NCBI GenBank assembly: GCA_965248695.1
Contig: CBDFKD010000002.1
Location: forward strand, 1,728,001 to 1,792,000
Direction of reading: 5' to 3'
Length of the DNA stretch: 64,000 nt
DNA from: Acidobacteriota bacterium
GTDB taxonomy: Bacteria > Acidobacteriota > UBA890 > WLXD01
Shown here: piece by piece, positions 47,314 to 56,274 of the stretch
Position numbering within the stretch: the stretch's first letter is position 1
Layout of the letters: every line of letters begins with the position of its first letter
Translations under genes and position numbers: made by a program
Notes under the pieces: model-generated
Told to the model about the DNA's origin: nothing
What the model saw: the letters and a program-made list of their open reading frames with translations, nothing else
Databases searched by the model: none

Positions 47314-48344
47314 GCGACTTCCTGATCGTCAACGTGCTGATTCCGTTGTTTCAGATCGGCGTGCTGCTGGGTATCCTCGGTCTGGCGGCCGGCTACATCG
47401 TCCTCGCCGAGCGCAAGATCCTGGCGTTCATTCAGAGTCGGCTGGGGCCGATGCGCGTCGGACCTCACGGCCTTTTGCAGCCGATTGCCGACGTCATCAA
47501 GCTGCTGACGAAGGAGGATCTGATCCCCAGCGGCGTGAGCCGCGCGGTCTTCCTCATCTCGCCGGTGATCGTCGTGGTGACCGCCTTCACCACCCTGGCG
47601 CTAGTGCCATTCGGTGAGGGAATCACCCTCCTCGGCTACCACATTCCTGGAGTCATCGCCGACGTGAACGTCGGCATCCTGCTGATCCTCGGCATCAGCG
47701 GGCTGACCACCTACGGCATCATCCTGGGCGGTTGGTCGAGCAACTCGAAGTACCCACTGCTGGGAGCGCTTCGCGCCGCCGCACAAATGGTTTCGTACGA
47801 GGTCGCGCTCACGTTCTCGGTGGTGTCGGCCCTGATGGTGGCGGGGACGCTTTCGATGGTCGGCATCGTCGAAGCGCAGCGCGACATGGGCGTTTGGTTC
47901 GTTTTCGTGCAGCCGGTGGCCTGGGGCATCTTCACCATCGCCATGGTGGCCGAGACCAACCGAGCACCGTTCGACATGCCGGAGGCGGAGTCCGAGCTAG
48001 TGGCCGGATTCTTCACCGAGTACGCTGGCATGCGATGGGCGCTGTTCTTCCTCGGTGAGTACACCGCGATGCTGGTGATGGCGGCGATCAACGTGACGCT
48101 TTTCTGGGGTGGATGGCTACGACCGTTTCCCGGAGTCGAGGCGCTCGCCTTCCTTGATCTGGTTCCAAGCGGCGCCTGGTTCATTCTCAAGGTCGCGACG
48201 TTCTTGTTCGTCTACATATGGATCCGCGGCACCTTCCCACGCTATCGCTACGACCAGCTCATGCGGCTGAACTGGAAGTCTCTGATCCCGCTGGCGATCG
48301 CAAACGTGCTCGTAACCGGGCTCGTCATGCTTCTGGTAGGCTGA
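47310..48344 (+). CDS. nuoH: NADH-quinone oxidoreductase subunit H
   Basis: ERK...Q.RLGP.RVGP.GLLQPIAD.IKL..KE, AQMVSYE, ETNRAPFDMPEAESELVAGF.TEY, PRYRYDQLM. Confidence 0.96.
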   Translation: MSDFLIVNVLIPLFQIGVLLGILGLAAGYIVLAERKILAFIQSRLGPMRVGPHGLLQPIADVIKLLTKEDLIPSGVSRAVFLISPVIVVVTAFTTLALVPFGEGITLLGYHIPGVIADVNVGILLILGISGLTTYGIILGGWSSNSKYPLLGALRAAAQMVSYEVALTFSVVSALMVAGTLSMVGIVEAQRDMGVWFVFVQPVAWGIFTIAMVAETNRAPFDMPEAESELVAGFFTEYAGMRWALFFLGEYTAMLVMAAINVTLFWGGWLRPFPGVEALAFLDLVPSGAWFILKVATFLFVYIWIRGTFPRYRYDQLMRLNWKSLIPLAIANVLVTGLVMLLVG

Positions 48345-48832
48345 TGCGCGCTCACGATTCGACCCAGGCAGCAACCATGTCGTCGGCACCGAAAAAGGGC
48401 TTCCTGAGCAGCTTCTTGCTGGTGGAGCTGCTGCAGGGAATGTGGCTTACGCTCAAGTACACGTTCCGGCCCAAGGTGACGGTGCAGTACCCGCTGGAAC
48501 GCGAGTCCGTCCACCCGAACTTCCGCGGGATGCTGCGCGTCGACGAGTCGACCTGTATCGCCTGCTACCTGTGCGAGAAGATCTGCCCGGACAACTGCAT
48601 CATCCTCGACGGTGAGCGTGGCTACACCAAGGGCAAGGGCGGCAAGTACGCCACCTTCTTCTACCTCGACCACGGGCGCTGCCTGTTCTGCGGTCTGTGC
48701 GAAGAGGTCTGCCCGGTCGATTCGATCTACCACAGCAACGAGTTCGAGGCTGCCGTCTACAACCGCGCCGATTCGATCCACGATCTTCGTGTCCTCGACA
48801 GCGGCCACCACATCATCCACTACGAGCGCTAA
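48344..48832 (+). CDS. nuoI: NADH-quinone oxidoreductase subunit I
   Basis: VTVQYP, two 4Fe-4S motifs CIACYLCEKICP and CLFCGLCEEVCP; alternative start 48377. Confidence 0.94.
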   Translation: MRAHDSTQAATMSSAPKKGFLSSFLLVELLQGMWLTLKYTFRPKVTVQYPLERESVHPNFRGMLRVDESTCIACYLCEKICPDNCIILDGERGYTKGKGGKYATFFYLDHGRCLFCGLCEEVCPVDSIYHSNEFEAAVYNRADSIHDLRVLDSGHHIIHYER

Positions 48833-48854
48833 CGCACGGAACACTAGGCCCAGT

Positions 48855-49370
48855 ATGGAGATCATCGCCTTCTACATCATCGGCTCGATCGTGATCGTGA
48901 GCGCTCTGCTCATGGTGGCCAGCCGTCAGCTGGTGCACTCCATCGTCTACATGGTCGTGTCCTTCATTGCCGTCGGCGCGCTGTTCATACTTCTCCAGGC
49001 GGAGTTCGTGGCAGCGGTGCAGATCCTGGTGTACGCCGGCGGCATCGTGGTGCTGTTCCTGTTCGTCGTCATGCTGGTGAATCTCAACGAGATCAATCAG
49101 ATCGAGTACTTGCACCGACAGTGGGTACCCGCCGCGGCCATGCTGCTGGTGCTGATGGTGGAGATCGGCTATCTGCTTTGGGGCAACTCGGGAGCGCTGG
49201 CGACCGCCCCGGAGCAGGCCGAGACCGTCTTGCGTGCGGTCTCACAAGGCAACACCGAGACCATCGGCATGACGCTCTACACGGACTACCTGTTGCCATT
49301 CGAGATCGCCTCTATGCTGCTGCTCGTGGCGATGATCGGCGCGATCTATCTGGCCAAGAAGCGAGTCTGA
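48855..49370 (+). CDS. nuoJ: NADH-quinone oxidoreductase subunit J
   Basis: AEFVAAVQILVYAGGIVVLFLFVVML, YLLPFEIASMLLLVAMIGAI. Confidence 0.95.
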   Translation: MEIIAFYIIGSIVIVSALLMVASRQLVHSIVYMVVSFIAVGALFILLQAEFVAAVQILVYAGGIVVLFLFVVMLVNLNEINQIEYLHRQWVPAAAMLLVLMVEIGYLLWGNSGALATAPEQAETVLRAVSQGNTETIGMTLYTDYLLPFEIASMLLLVAMIGAIYLAKKRV

Positions 49371-49371
49371 C

Positions 49372-49680
49372 GTGGGCGCACTGGGGCTAGGCCACTATCT
49401 GTTGCTGTCAGCCGTGTTGTTCGGCATCGGCGTGACCGGCGTGCTGGTACGCCGCAACGTGATCATGGTGCTGATGTGTCTCGAGCTGATCTTCAATGCC
49501 GCCAACATCAACCTGGTGGCAGTGGCCCGGTATCGACCGGATCTTGCCGGGCAGATCTTCACCATCTTCACGATCACCGTCGCGGCAGCGGAAGTAGCCA
49601 TCGGGCTCGGACTCGTGATCGCCCTGTTCCGTAACGCGGAGACGGTGAACGTCGACGACGTCCACCTGCTGGAGGGCTAG
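49372..49680 (+). CDS. nuoK: NADH-quinone oxidoreductase subunit K
   Basis: RRNVI..LMCLEL..NA.NINLV, GQIF, VAAAEVAIGL. Confidence 0.95.
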   Translation: MGALGLGHYLLLSAVLFGIGVTGVLVRRNVIMVLMCLELIFNAANINLVAVARYRPDLAGQIFTIFTITVAAAEVAIGLGLVIALFRNAETVNVDDVHLLEG

Positions 49681-49687
49681 CCGCGCC

Positions 49688-51913
49688 GTGATCGAGTATT
49701 TCTGGCTCATCCCGCTGCTGCCGCTCGTCGGCATGCTGGTAAACGGGCTGCTGGGCTCGCGCTTCATCCGCTCGGAGCAGATCACCGGCGGCCTCGCCAG
49801 CCTGTGCATGTTGATGGCGTTCATCATCGGCGCCGGCGCGTTCCTCGGCCTGGCCAGTATGGAACCGCAGGATCGTCATGTAGAGGTGGTTCTCTACGAC
49901 TGGATCGATGCCTCATGGGGCCAGATGCACGACAACGAAGCCGGCGTCGAGATGGCCCGGTTCGTCGTGCCCTTCGGGCTCCAGTTCGACCCGCTGTCGG
50001 CCATCATGGTGCTGATCATCACCGGGGTCGGCTTCCTGATCCACGTCTACGCCATCGGCTATATGGCGCACGATCCACCGGATCCGGGGTTCTACAGGTT
50101 CTTCACCTACCTGAACCTGTTCGCCGCCTTCATGCTGGTGCTCGTGCTCGGCAACTCCTACGCCATGATGTTCATAGGCTGGGAGGGAGTCGGGCTGTGT
50201 TCGTATCTGCTGATCGGCTACTACTACACCAAGAAATCCGCTGGCGACGCCGCCAAGAAGGCGTTCGTGGTGAACCGAATCGGTGATGCCGCTTTCCTGC
50301 TCGGCATGTTCGCCATCTTCTTCACCTTCGGCACGCTCGACTACGACCAGGTCTTCGACCTCGCGGCCGCCAACTACGAGGTCGGAGCCGGGGTGATCAC
50401 CTTCATCACCCTGATGCTGTTCGTCGGCGCCACCGGCAAGAGCGCACAGATCCCGCTGTACACGTGGTTACCTGATGCGATGGAGGGTCCGACGCCGGTG
50501 TCGGCGCTGATTCACGCCGCCACGATGGTGACCGCGGGCGTGTACATGGTGGTGCGCTCCAACGTCCTGTTCTCGATGTCGCCCACGGTCATGACCATCG
50601 TCGCTGTCATTGGCGCGCTGACGGCCGTGTTCGCCGCCTCGATCGCCATGGTGCAGAACGACATCAAGCGCGTACTGGCATATTCCACCGTCAGCCAGCT
50701 CGGCTATATGTTCTTGGCCTGTGGGGTCGGGGCGTACGCGGTGGGCGTGTTCCACCTGATGACCCACGCCTTCTTCAAGGCGCTGCTGTTCCTGGCAGCG
50801 GGCTCCGTCATGCACGCGCTGCATGGCGAGCTCGACATGTGGAAGATGGGCAACGTTCGCAAGTACATGCCGTTGACCCACAAGACCTTCCTGGTGGGTA
50901 CGCTGGCGATTGCCGGGATTCCGGGGTTGGCCGGCTTCTTCTCCAAGGACGAAGTGCTGTGGTACGCCTGGACCGGTCCGAACGGCTCCCCCTGGCTGTG
51001 GGCTGTCGGCACGCTCGTCGCCGGCATGACGGCGTTCTACATGACCCGCATGCTGCTGGTGACGTTCTACGGCGAATCGCGCATGGACGAGCACGTCGAG
51101 GCGCACGCGCACGAGAACTCGCGGGTAATGACGACGCCGCTGATCGTGCTGGCGGTCCTCTCGGTGATCGGCGGCTACGTGGGCATTCCCGCCAACTTGC
51201 AGGTCGGGCCCCTCAAAGCGCTTCACGACCGGATCGACATTGTTAGCTGGCTCGAGCCAATCACCGGTGGCCACGGCGAAGCAGGCCACGCTGACGACAC
51301 CGACGCGGCCGAGCACGCCGCAGCGATCGTACCGGCCGTGCCGCAGATGCTCGGAGCGCTGCCGGCAGAGGGCGGCATCATCGCGGCGAATACAGCGTTG
51401 AGCGAGCCCGCGCCAGTTCCGGCGCGCCTCGTGGCGGCCGAGGACGGCGAGGATCACACTCAGCTCGAGTGGACCTTGATGCTCGCTTCAGTCGCCGTGG
51501 CGCTGGGCGGGATGGGGCTCGCGTACCGAACATACGGCGCCGGTGTGAGCTCGGAGCCGCTGGCGCGCTTCTCGGGGATCCACCGAACCCTCTGGAACAA
51601 GTACTGGGTCGACGAGCTCTATGACGCGTTGTTCGTCAATCGCACCAAGGATCTCGGCAGCGGCTTGTGGCTGTTCGACGACGCGGTCATCGACGGCACC
51701 GTGAACGGGGTCGCCGAGTCAACGAAACAGGCTGCAACTGCGTCAACCGAGTTTGACAACCGCGTCGTCGACGGCACGGTGAACGGAGTCGGAAGCACGT
51801 TTTGGGCAGGCTCGTGGATCTTCCGCGCCCTGCAAACCGGTTACGTACAGAACTACGCGCTGGTCATCGCCCTCGGGCTGTTCGTGCTGATCAGCGCTTA
51901 CATGTTCCTGTAG
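49688..51913 (+). CDS. nuoL: NADH-quinone oxidoreductase subunit L (elongated lateral helix)
   Basis: GWEGVGLCSYLLI, GKSAQIPLYTWLPDAMEGPTPVSALIHAATMV, HLMTHAFFKALLF, QTGYVQNY. Confidence 0.96.
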   Translation: MIEYFWLIPLLPLVGMLVNGLLGSRFIRSEQITGGLASLCMLMAFIIGAGAFLGLASMEPQDRHVEVVLYDWIDASWGQMHDNEAGVEMARFVVPFGLQFDPLSAIMVLIITGVGFLIHVYAIGYMAHDPPDPGFYRFFTYLNLFAAFMLVLVLGNSYAMMFIGWEGVGLCSYLLIGYYYTKKSAGDAAKKAFVVNRIGDAAFLLGMFAIFFTFGTLDYDQVFDLAAANYEVGAGVITFITLMLFVGATGKSAQIPLYTWLPDAMEGPTPVSALIHAATMVTAGVYMVVRSNVLFSMSPTVMTIVAVIGALTAVFAASIAMVQNDIKRVLAYSTVSQLGYMFLACGVGAYAVGVFHLMTHAFFKALLFLAAGSVMHALHGELDMWKMGNVRKYMPLTHKTFLVGTLAIAGIPGLAGFFSKDEVLWYAWTGPNGSPWLWAVGTLVAGMTAFYMTRMLLVTFYGESRMDEHVEAHAHENSRVMTTPLIVLAVLSVIGGYVGIPANLQVGPLKALHDRIDIVSWLEPITGGHGEAGHADDTDAAEHAAAIVPAVPQMLGALPAEGGIIAANTALSEPAPVPARLVAAEDGEDHTQLEWTLMLASVAVALGGMGLAYRTYGAGVSSEPLARFSGIHRTLWNKYWVDELYDALFVNRTKDLGSGLWLFDDAVIDGTVNGVAESTKQAATASTEFDNRVVDGTVNGVGSTFWAGSWIFRALQTGYVQNYALVIALGLFVLISAYMFL

Positions 51914-51927
51914 AGAACGAGGCACCC

Positions 51928-53520
51928 ATGAGCGGAAACCTCCTCACCCTGGTCGTCTTTCTGCCGGCGGTGGGCGCGCTCGCGATCGCGCTGCTGCTTG
52001 GCAAGGAGCGCGACAACGCCATCAAATGGACCGCGAACATCGTCCTGTTCGTCGACTTCCTGCTGTCGTTACGCCTGCTACAGGGCTTCGATTTCGGCAC
52101 TGCCGAGTTACAGCACGTAACGCGGGCGCCGTGGATCCCTTCGATCGGTGTGGAGTACTTCACCGGAATCGACGGCATCTCCCTGTGTTTGATTCTGCTG
52201 ACGACGCTGCTTGGCTCGATTGCGTGCCTGTCGTCGTGGACGTACATCCAGACGCGAAACAAGGAGTACTACGTCTATTTGATGGCGCTGCAGACCGGCA
52301 TGCTCGGGGTGTTCGTCGCCTTCGACTTCTTCCTGTTCTACATCTTCTGGGAAGTGATGCTGGTGCCGATGTACTTCCTCATCGGTATCTGGGGCGACAC
52401 GAACCGACTCTACGCCGCCATCAAGTTCTTCCTGTACACGTTGGCCGGGTCGGTCCTGATGCTGGTCGGTATTCTGGCGCTTTACTTCCACAACCACAGC
52501 GTCACCGGCGAGTGGACCACCAACATCCTCGCCTACTACCAGCTGTCGATCCCCGCTGACATGCAGTGGTGGATCTTCCTGGGCTTCTTCCTGGCATTTG
52601 CCATCAAGGTGCCGATGTGGCCGTTCCACACCTGGCTCCCGGACGCGCATGTACAGGCACCCACCGCCGCATCGGTGATTCTGGCCGCGGTGCTGTTGAA
52701 GATGGGCGCCTACGGCTTCGTGCGCCTTTCGCTGCCGATCATGCCGGAGGCATCGATCCAGTTTGCGCCGATGATCGCCGTGCTGTCGATTATCGCGATA
52801 ATCTACGGCGCGCTCGTGGCGTTGATGCAGAAGGACTGGAAGAGCCTGGTGGCTTACTCGTCGGTTTCGCACATGGGCTTCATCACCCTGGGAATCTTCG
52901 CTTTGAACCCGATCGGTGTGCAGGGCAGCATCCTGCAGATGCTCAATCACGGAGTGTCCACCGGCGGGCTGTTCCTGATCGTCGGGTTGATCTACGAGCG
53001 CATGCACACGCGAGAGATCGCCGCGTTCGCCGGGCTGGCGAAGGTCATGCCGGTGTTCACCGTGCTCTTCGCCATCATCGCGCTGTCGTCGATGGGGCTT
53101 CCCGGGCTCAACGGCTTCGTCGGCGAATTCTTGATCCTGATCGGTGCGTTCGAGTGGAATCCGGTATACGCCTACTGGTCAGTCTGGGGCATCGTGCTGG
53201 CGGCGGCCTACCTGCTCTGGCTCTTCCAGCGGGTCATGTTCGGCGACGTGAAGGACGACAAGATTGCCGCTCTGAGCGACCTCAATATGCGCGAGGTAGC
53301 GACGCTGGTGCCGCTGGTTGTCCTCGCCGTCTGGATGGGCCTGTATCCGACGCCTGTACTCGACACGCTCGAAGCACCGGTCAATGCGATCGTCGAGCGA
53401 GTCAAGCCCGGCTACTTCGAAGACAGCGGGATTCCGACGCCGGCGTTGCCGAGCCTGGCGGCGCTAGCCGACCGATCCGAGCCGGATCTGGTGGCCGAAG
53501 CCGAGACCGAGGACCGCTAG
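51928..53520 (+). CDS. nuoM: NADH-quinone oxidoreductase subunit M
   Basis: FYIFWE.MLVPMY, AIKFFLYT, KVPMWPFHTWLPDAH, AYSSVSHMG, GLPGLNGFVGEF. Confidence 0.96.
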   Translation: MSGNLLTLVVFLPAVGALAIALLLGKERDNAIKWTANIVLFVDFLLSLRLLQGFDFGTAELQHVTRAPWIPSIGVEYFTGIDGISLCLILLTTLLGSIACLSSWTYIQTRNKEYYVYLMALQTGMLGVFVAFDFFLFYIFWEVMLVPMYFLIGIWGDTNRLYAAIKFFLYTLAGSVLMLVGILALYFHNHSVTGEWTTNILAYYQLSIPADMQWWIFLGFFLAFAIKVPMWPFHTWLPDAHVQAPTAASVILAAVLLKMGAYGFVRLSLPIMPEASIQFAPMIAVLSIIAIIYGALVALMQKDWKSLVAYSSVSHMGFITLGIFALNPIGVQGSILQMLNHGVSTGGLFLIVGLIYERMHTREIAAFAGLAKVMPVFTVLFAIIALSSMGLPGLNGFVGEFLILIGAFEWNPVYAYWSVWGIVLAAAYLLWLFQRVMFGDVKDDKIAALSDLNMREVATLVPLVVLAVWMGLYPTPVLDTLEAPVNAIVERVKPGYFEDSGIPTPALPSLAALADRSEPDLVAEAETEDR

Positions 53521-53524
53521 GGGA

Positions 53525-54997
53525 ATGGACAGCTTCCCGATTTCGAGCTCCGATCTGGCGTCGCTCAACGCCGAGATCACGCTCACGGTCGGCTCGCTGA
53601 TCGTGCTGGTGTGGGGTGCCTTCGCGGCTCCATCACGAGGCAGCGGGCGATTGTTCGGCTGGGTAACGATGATCACCGTGCTCGCCGCGCTCGCCGGTGT
53701 GCTTTACGGACTTCCGCCGCAGATCGAGCGCGGCGTCTCCACGGCGTTCGCAGGCCAGCTGGCCGTAGACGCCTTCGGGAGCTTCTTCGCGATCCTGTTC
53801 CTGGTCACCGCGGCCCTCGCTATCGCCGCCTCGGTCCGCTTTCTGGAGGAAGCGGAGGCACACGATCCGGAGTACTACTTCTTCATGCTGGTGGCCCTCG
53901 TCGGCATGATGATCATGGCGCGCGGCGCCGACCTGATCAGCATCTTCGTGGGGCTCGAGCTGCAGGCGCTTTCGGTCTATGTGTTGGTGGGCTACCTCAA
54001 GCGGGATCGGCGCTCGAATGAGGGCAGCCTCAAGTACTTCATCCTCGGAGGCCTGTCGTCCGGCATCTTCATCTACGCGCTGTCGTTGATCTACGCGGTC
54101 GTCGGGACAACGAATCTGACGGCGATCGGTGCGGCGATCGGAGAGGGGTCCCTCACCGGTGACCCGATCCTGCTCCTCGGGCTGATCCTGATGATCGCGG
54201 CTCTGGGCTTCAAGGTCGCCGCGGTGCCGTTTCACCTGTGGGCTCCCGACGCCTACACCGGTGCGGCGACTCCCGTGACGCTGTTCATCTCGGTGGCCTC
54301 GAAGGCGGCGGCGTTCGCGATGATGATCCGCATCCTGTTCGTGGGCTTCGGGTCGATGACGGATTCGTGGACATCGTTGCTGGCGTTGCTGGCGGTCGTC
54401 ACGATGACGTTCGGCAACGTCGCTGCGTTATCGCAGGACAACGTCAAGCGCATGTTTGCGTACTCGAGCGTCGCTCACGCCGGGTATGCGCTCGTCGGAG
54501 TGGCCGCCGGCACTTCGTACGGAATCGCCGCCACGATGTACTACCTCTTCGCCTACACGTTCATGAACGTGGGCGCCTGGGCGATGGTCATCACGCTGCG
54601 GCGCAAGGGTCTCGCCGGAGAGAGCGTCGACGATTTCAACGGTCTCGTGCACCGCTCTGGCGGCGCCACCGTCGCCATGCTGATCTTCTTGCTGTCGCTG
54701 GGAGGAATCCCGCCGACGATCGGGTTCCTCGGCAAGTGGTACGTATTCGGCGCCGCCATCGACGCCGGGTACGGTTGGCTGGCCGTGATGGGAGCGATCA
54801 ACGCTGCCATCTCGCTTTTCTACTATCTGCGCATCGCCAAGGCCATGTTCATGACCGAGGCGGACGACGAGGTGACGCTGGCCCGTTCGCTACCGCTGCA
54901 GGTGACAGTCGGCATCTGTGCCACGATCACCGTGGTCGGCATTATCTGGGCCACCCCGCTGGTCGATTGGGTACAGCGCGCCACCCTGCAATTCTGA
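53525..54997 (+). CDS. nuoN: NADH-quinone oxidoreductase subunit N
   Basis: EGSLKYFILG, FKVAAVPFHLWAPDAY, KRMFAYSSVAHAGY, SLGGIPPT.GF.GK, YYLRI. Confidence 0.96.
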   Translation: MDSFPISSSDLASLNAEITLTVGSLIVLVWGAFAAPSRGSGRLFGWVTMITVLAALAGVLYGLPPQIERGVSTAFAGQLAVDAFGSFFAILFLVTAALAIAASVRFLEEAEAHDPEYYFFMLVALVGMMIMARGADLISIFVGLELQALSVYVLVGYLKRDRRSNEGSLKYFILGGLSSGIFIYALSLIYAVVGTTNLTAIGAAIGEGSLTGDPILLLGLILMIAALGFKVAAVPFHLWAPDAYTGAATPVTLFISVASKAAAFAMMIRILFVGFGSMTDSWTSLLALLAVVTMTFGNVAALSQDNVKRMFAYSSVAHAGYALVGVAAGTSYGIAATMYYLFAYTFMNVGAWAMVITLRRKGLAGESVDDFNGLVHRSGGATVAMLIFLLSLGGIPPTIGFLGKWYVFGAAIDAGYGWLAVMGAINAAISLFYYLRIAKAMFMTEADDEVTLARSLPLQVTVGICATITVVGIIWATPLVDWVQRATLQF

Positions 54998-55017
54998 CGC
55001 TGCCCGGCTGAGATCGC

Positions 55018-55341
55018 ATGGGAACGGTGCGCGACTCTGAGCGGGCGGACGCGCGCGATTCTGAGCAGGCGGACGCGCGCGACTCTGAGCAGGCGGACGC
55101 GCGCGGCTGGGCGCGACAGCTCGGCCTCCTGGGACACGTCGGAGCGATGTTCCCGGTGGCCATCGGCCTCGGGTTCATGGGCGGCTACTGGCTCGACGGT
55201 CGTTTCGGCACCGCCCCTTGGCTGGCGCTTGTGGGTTTCGGATTCGGAGTCGTCGCTGCGATCCGCAATCTGCTGCGCTCGCTTTCGGCCCTCGAGACCA
55301 GCGAGAGAGCCGCTAGCAGCGAAAAATCGGACGACACTTGA
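55018..55341 (+). CDS. AtpZ/AtpI-family ATP synthase gene-1 protein
   Basis: GGYWLDGRFGTAPW motif between two TMs. Confidence 0.85.
   Translation: MGTVRDSERADARDSEQADARDSEQADARGWARQLGLLGHVGAMFPVAIGLGFMGGYWLDGRFGTAPWLALVGFGFGVVAAIRNLLRSLSALETSERAASSEKSDDT
55030..55104 (+). repeat. In-frame 24-bp tandem repeat x3
   Basis: CGCGA(C/T)TCTGAGC(A/G)GGCGGACGCG x3, encoding RDSE(R/Q)ADA. Confidence 0.9.
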
Positions 55342-55402
55342 TCCGACGCCCGTCTACTCAACGGTGCGACCTCAAGACCGCAGTAGATCTGGGTCGCTTC
55401 CA

Positions 55403-55454
55403 CCTCGCAAGACCCTGTCGCCAGGCCCGCCACACTTCCACCACGGCCTGCTAG
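55403..55454 (-). repeat. CTAG-anchored MITE-like end, copy 5 (overlaps stop of 55451..56131)
   Basis: Minus strand CTAGCAGGCCGTGGTGGAAGTGTGGCGGGCCTGGCGACAGGGTCTTGCGAGG, near-identical to 39446-39497. Confidence 0.75.
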
Positions 55455-56131
55455 CAGTCGAAGTCACCCTTGAAGGCTGAGAAGTGGTCGACATCGCCCA
55501 CTCCGGGGCTGTGACCGTGGGTGACCATATCCGGGTGGCGAACGATCGTCATGCCCTGCGGCGTGCTGCGCTGCAGCAGCGGCGACCCCGTCTTGGGGTC
55601 GGTGAGCTGCGCGGAGGCAGCAGTGGCCGGGTCGATGCCGTATTGGCGCAACCAGTAACCGCCGACAACATTGGCCCCCTGAGTCGCGAGCTCGCCACCG
55701 ACGACGGGGCTCGAGCCCGCCTCCAGTAGGTTGTAGTCGAGCTCCACATCGAGAACGCCATTGCCAGCGGCGTCGGTCACAAGAGCATTGGGGTCGGGCG
55801 ACATGCCGTCGTACACCGGGGCATTGCTGGCAAACGCCGGGGCCACGCCACGTGGCAAACCGCCTTCATCGAGTGGGTAGTCGTCGGCAAGCTCTCCGGA
55901 GGCCCGATTCCGGTGGTCCACCCAAACCGTATACAGGGTGCTCGGTGTGCCGCCGCGTATCTTGACCTTCAGACCGCGCCGGCGAACCGTCACCGTGGCG
56001 GTGCCGGTCTGGCCGTCGGCGGCCGTGAGCGTGTATCGGCAGAGTGCCAGTCTCGGAGTGGTCGACGCTTCCGCGGCGGCGACCAGCAGCAGGGTCGCCG
56101 ACATGGTCAGGATGAGGTTCTTTGCGCGCAT
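55451..56131 (-). CDS. Secreted hypothetical protein
   Basis: RBS GGGGAG, signal peptide (MRAKNLILTMSATLLLVAAAEA), beta-rich, His cluster HPDMVTHGHSPG...DH, N- and C-terminal Cys. Confidence 0.7.
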   Translation of the reverse strand: MRAKNLILTMSATLLLVAAAEASTTPRLALCRYTLTAADGQTGTATVTVRRRGLKVKIRGGTPSTLYTVWVDHRNRASGELADDYPLDEGGLPRGVAPAFASNAPVYDGMSPDPNALVTDAAGNGVLDVELDYNLLEAGSSPVVGGELATQGANVVGGYWLRQYGIDPATAASAQLTDPKTGSPLLQRSTPQGMTIVRHPDMVTHGHSPGVGDVDHFSAFKGDFDC

Positions 56132-56274
56132 GTTCTCCCCCGATACCTCGATTGCAAGACAGCTCCCCGGCGCTCCGCCGACCGAGACACTGCCAGCGCC
56201 CTACGGCTTGGCTTCACGCCTGGATCCCGGCACCATTGCGGAGGCACCGCTCACCCTACAACAACCGAGGACGG

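Noticed and set aside
42353-48832. Selenoprotein (UGA readthrough) or tRNA-Sec near selA
   Set aside because: The nuo Fe-S ligands are ordinary Cys codons; no in-frame UGA or tRNA-like sequence was recognised.
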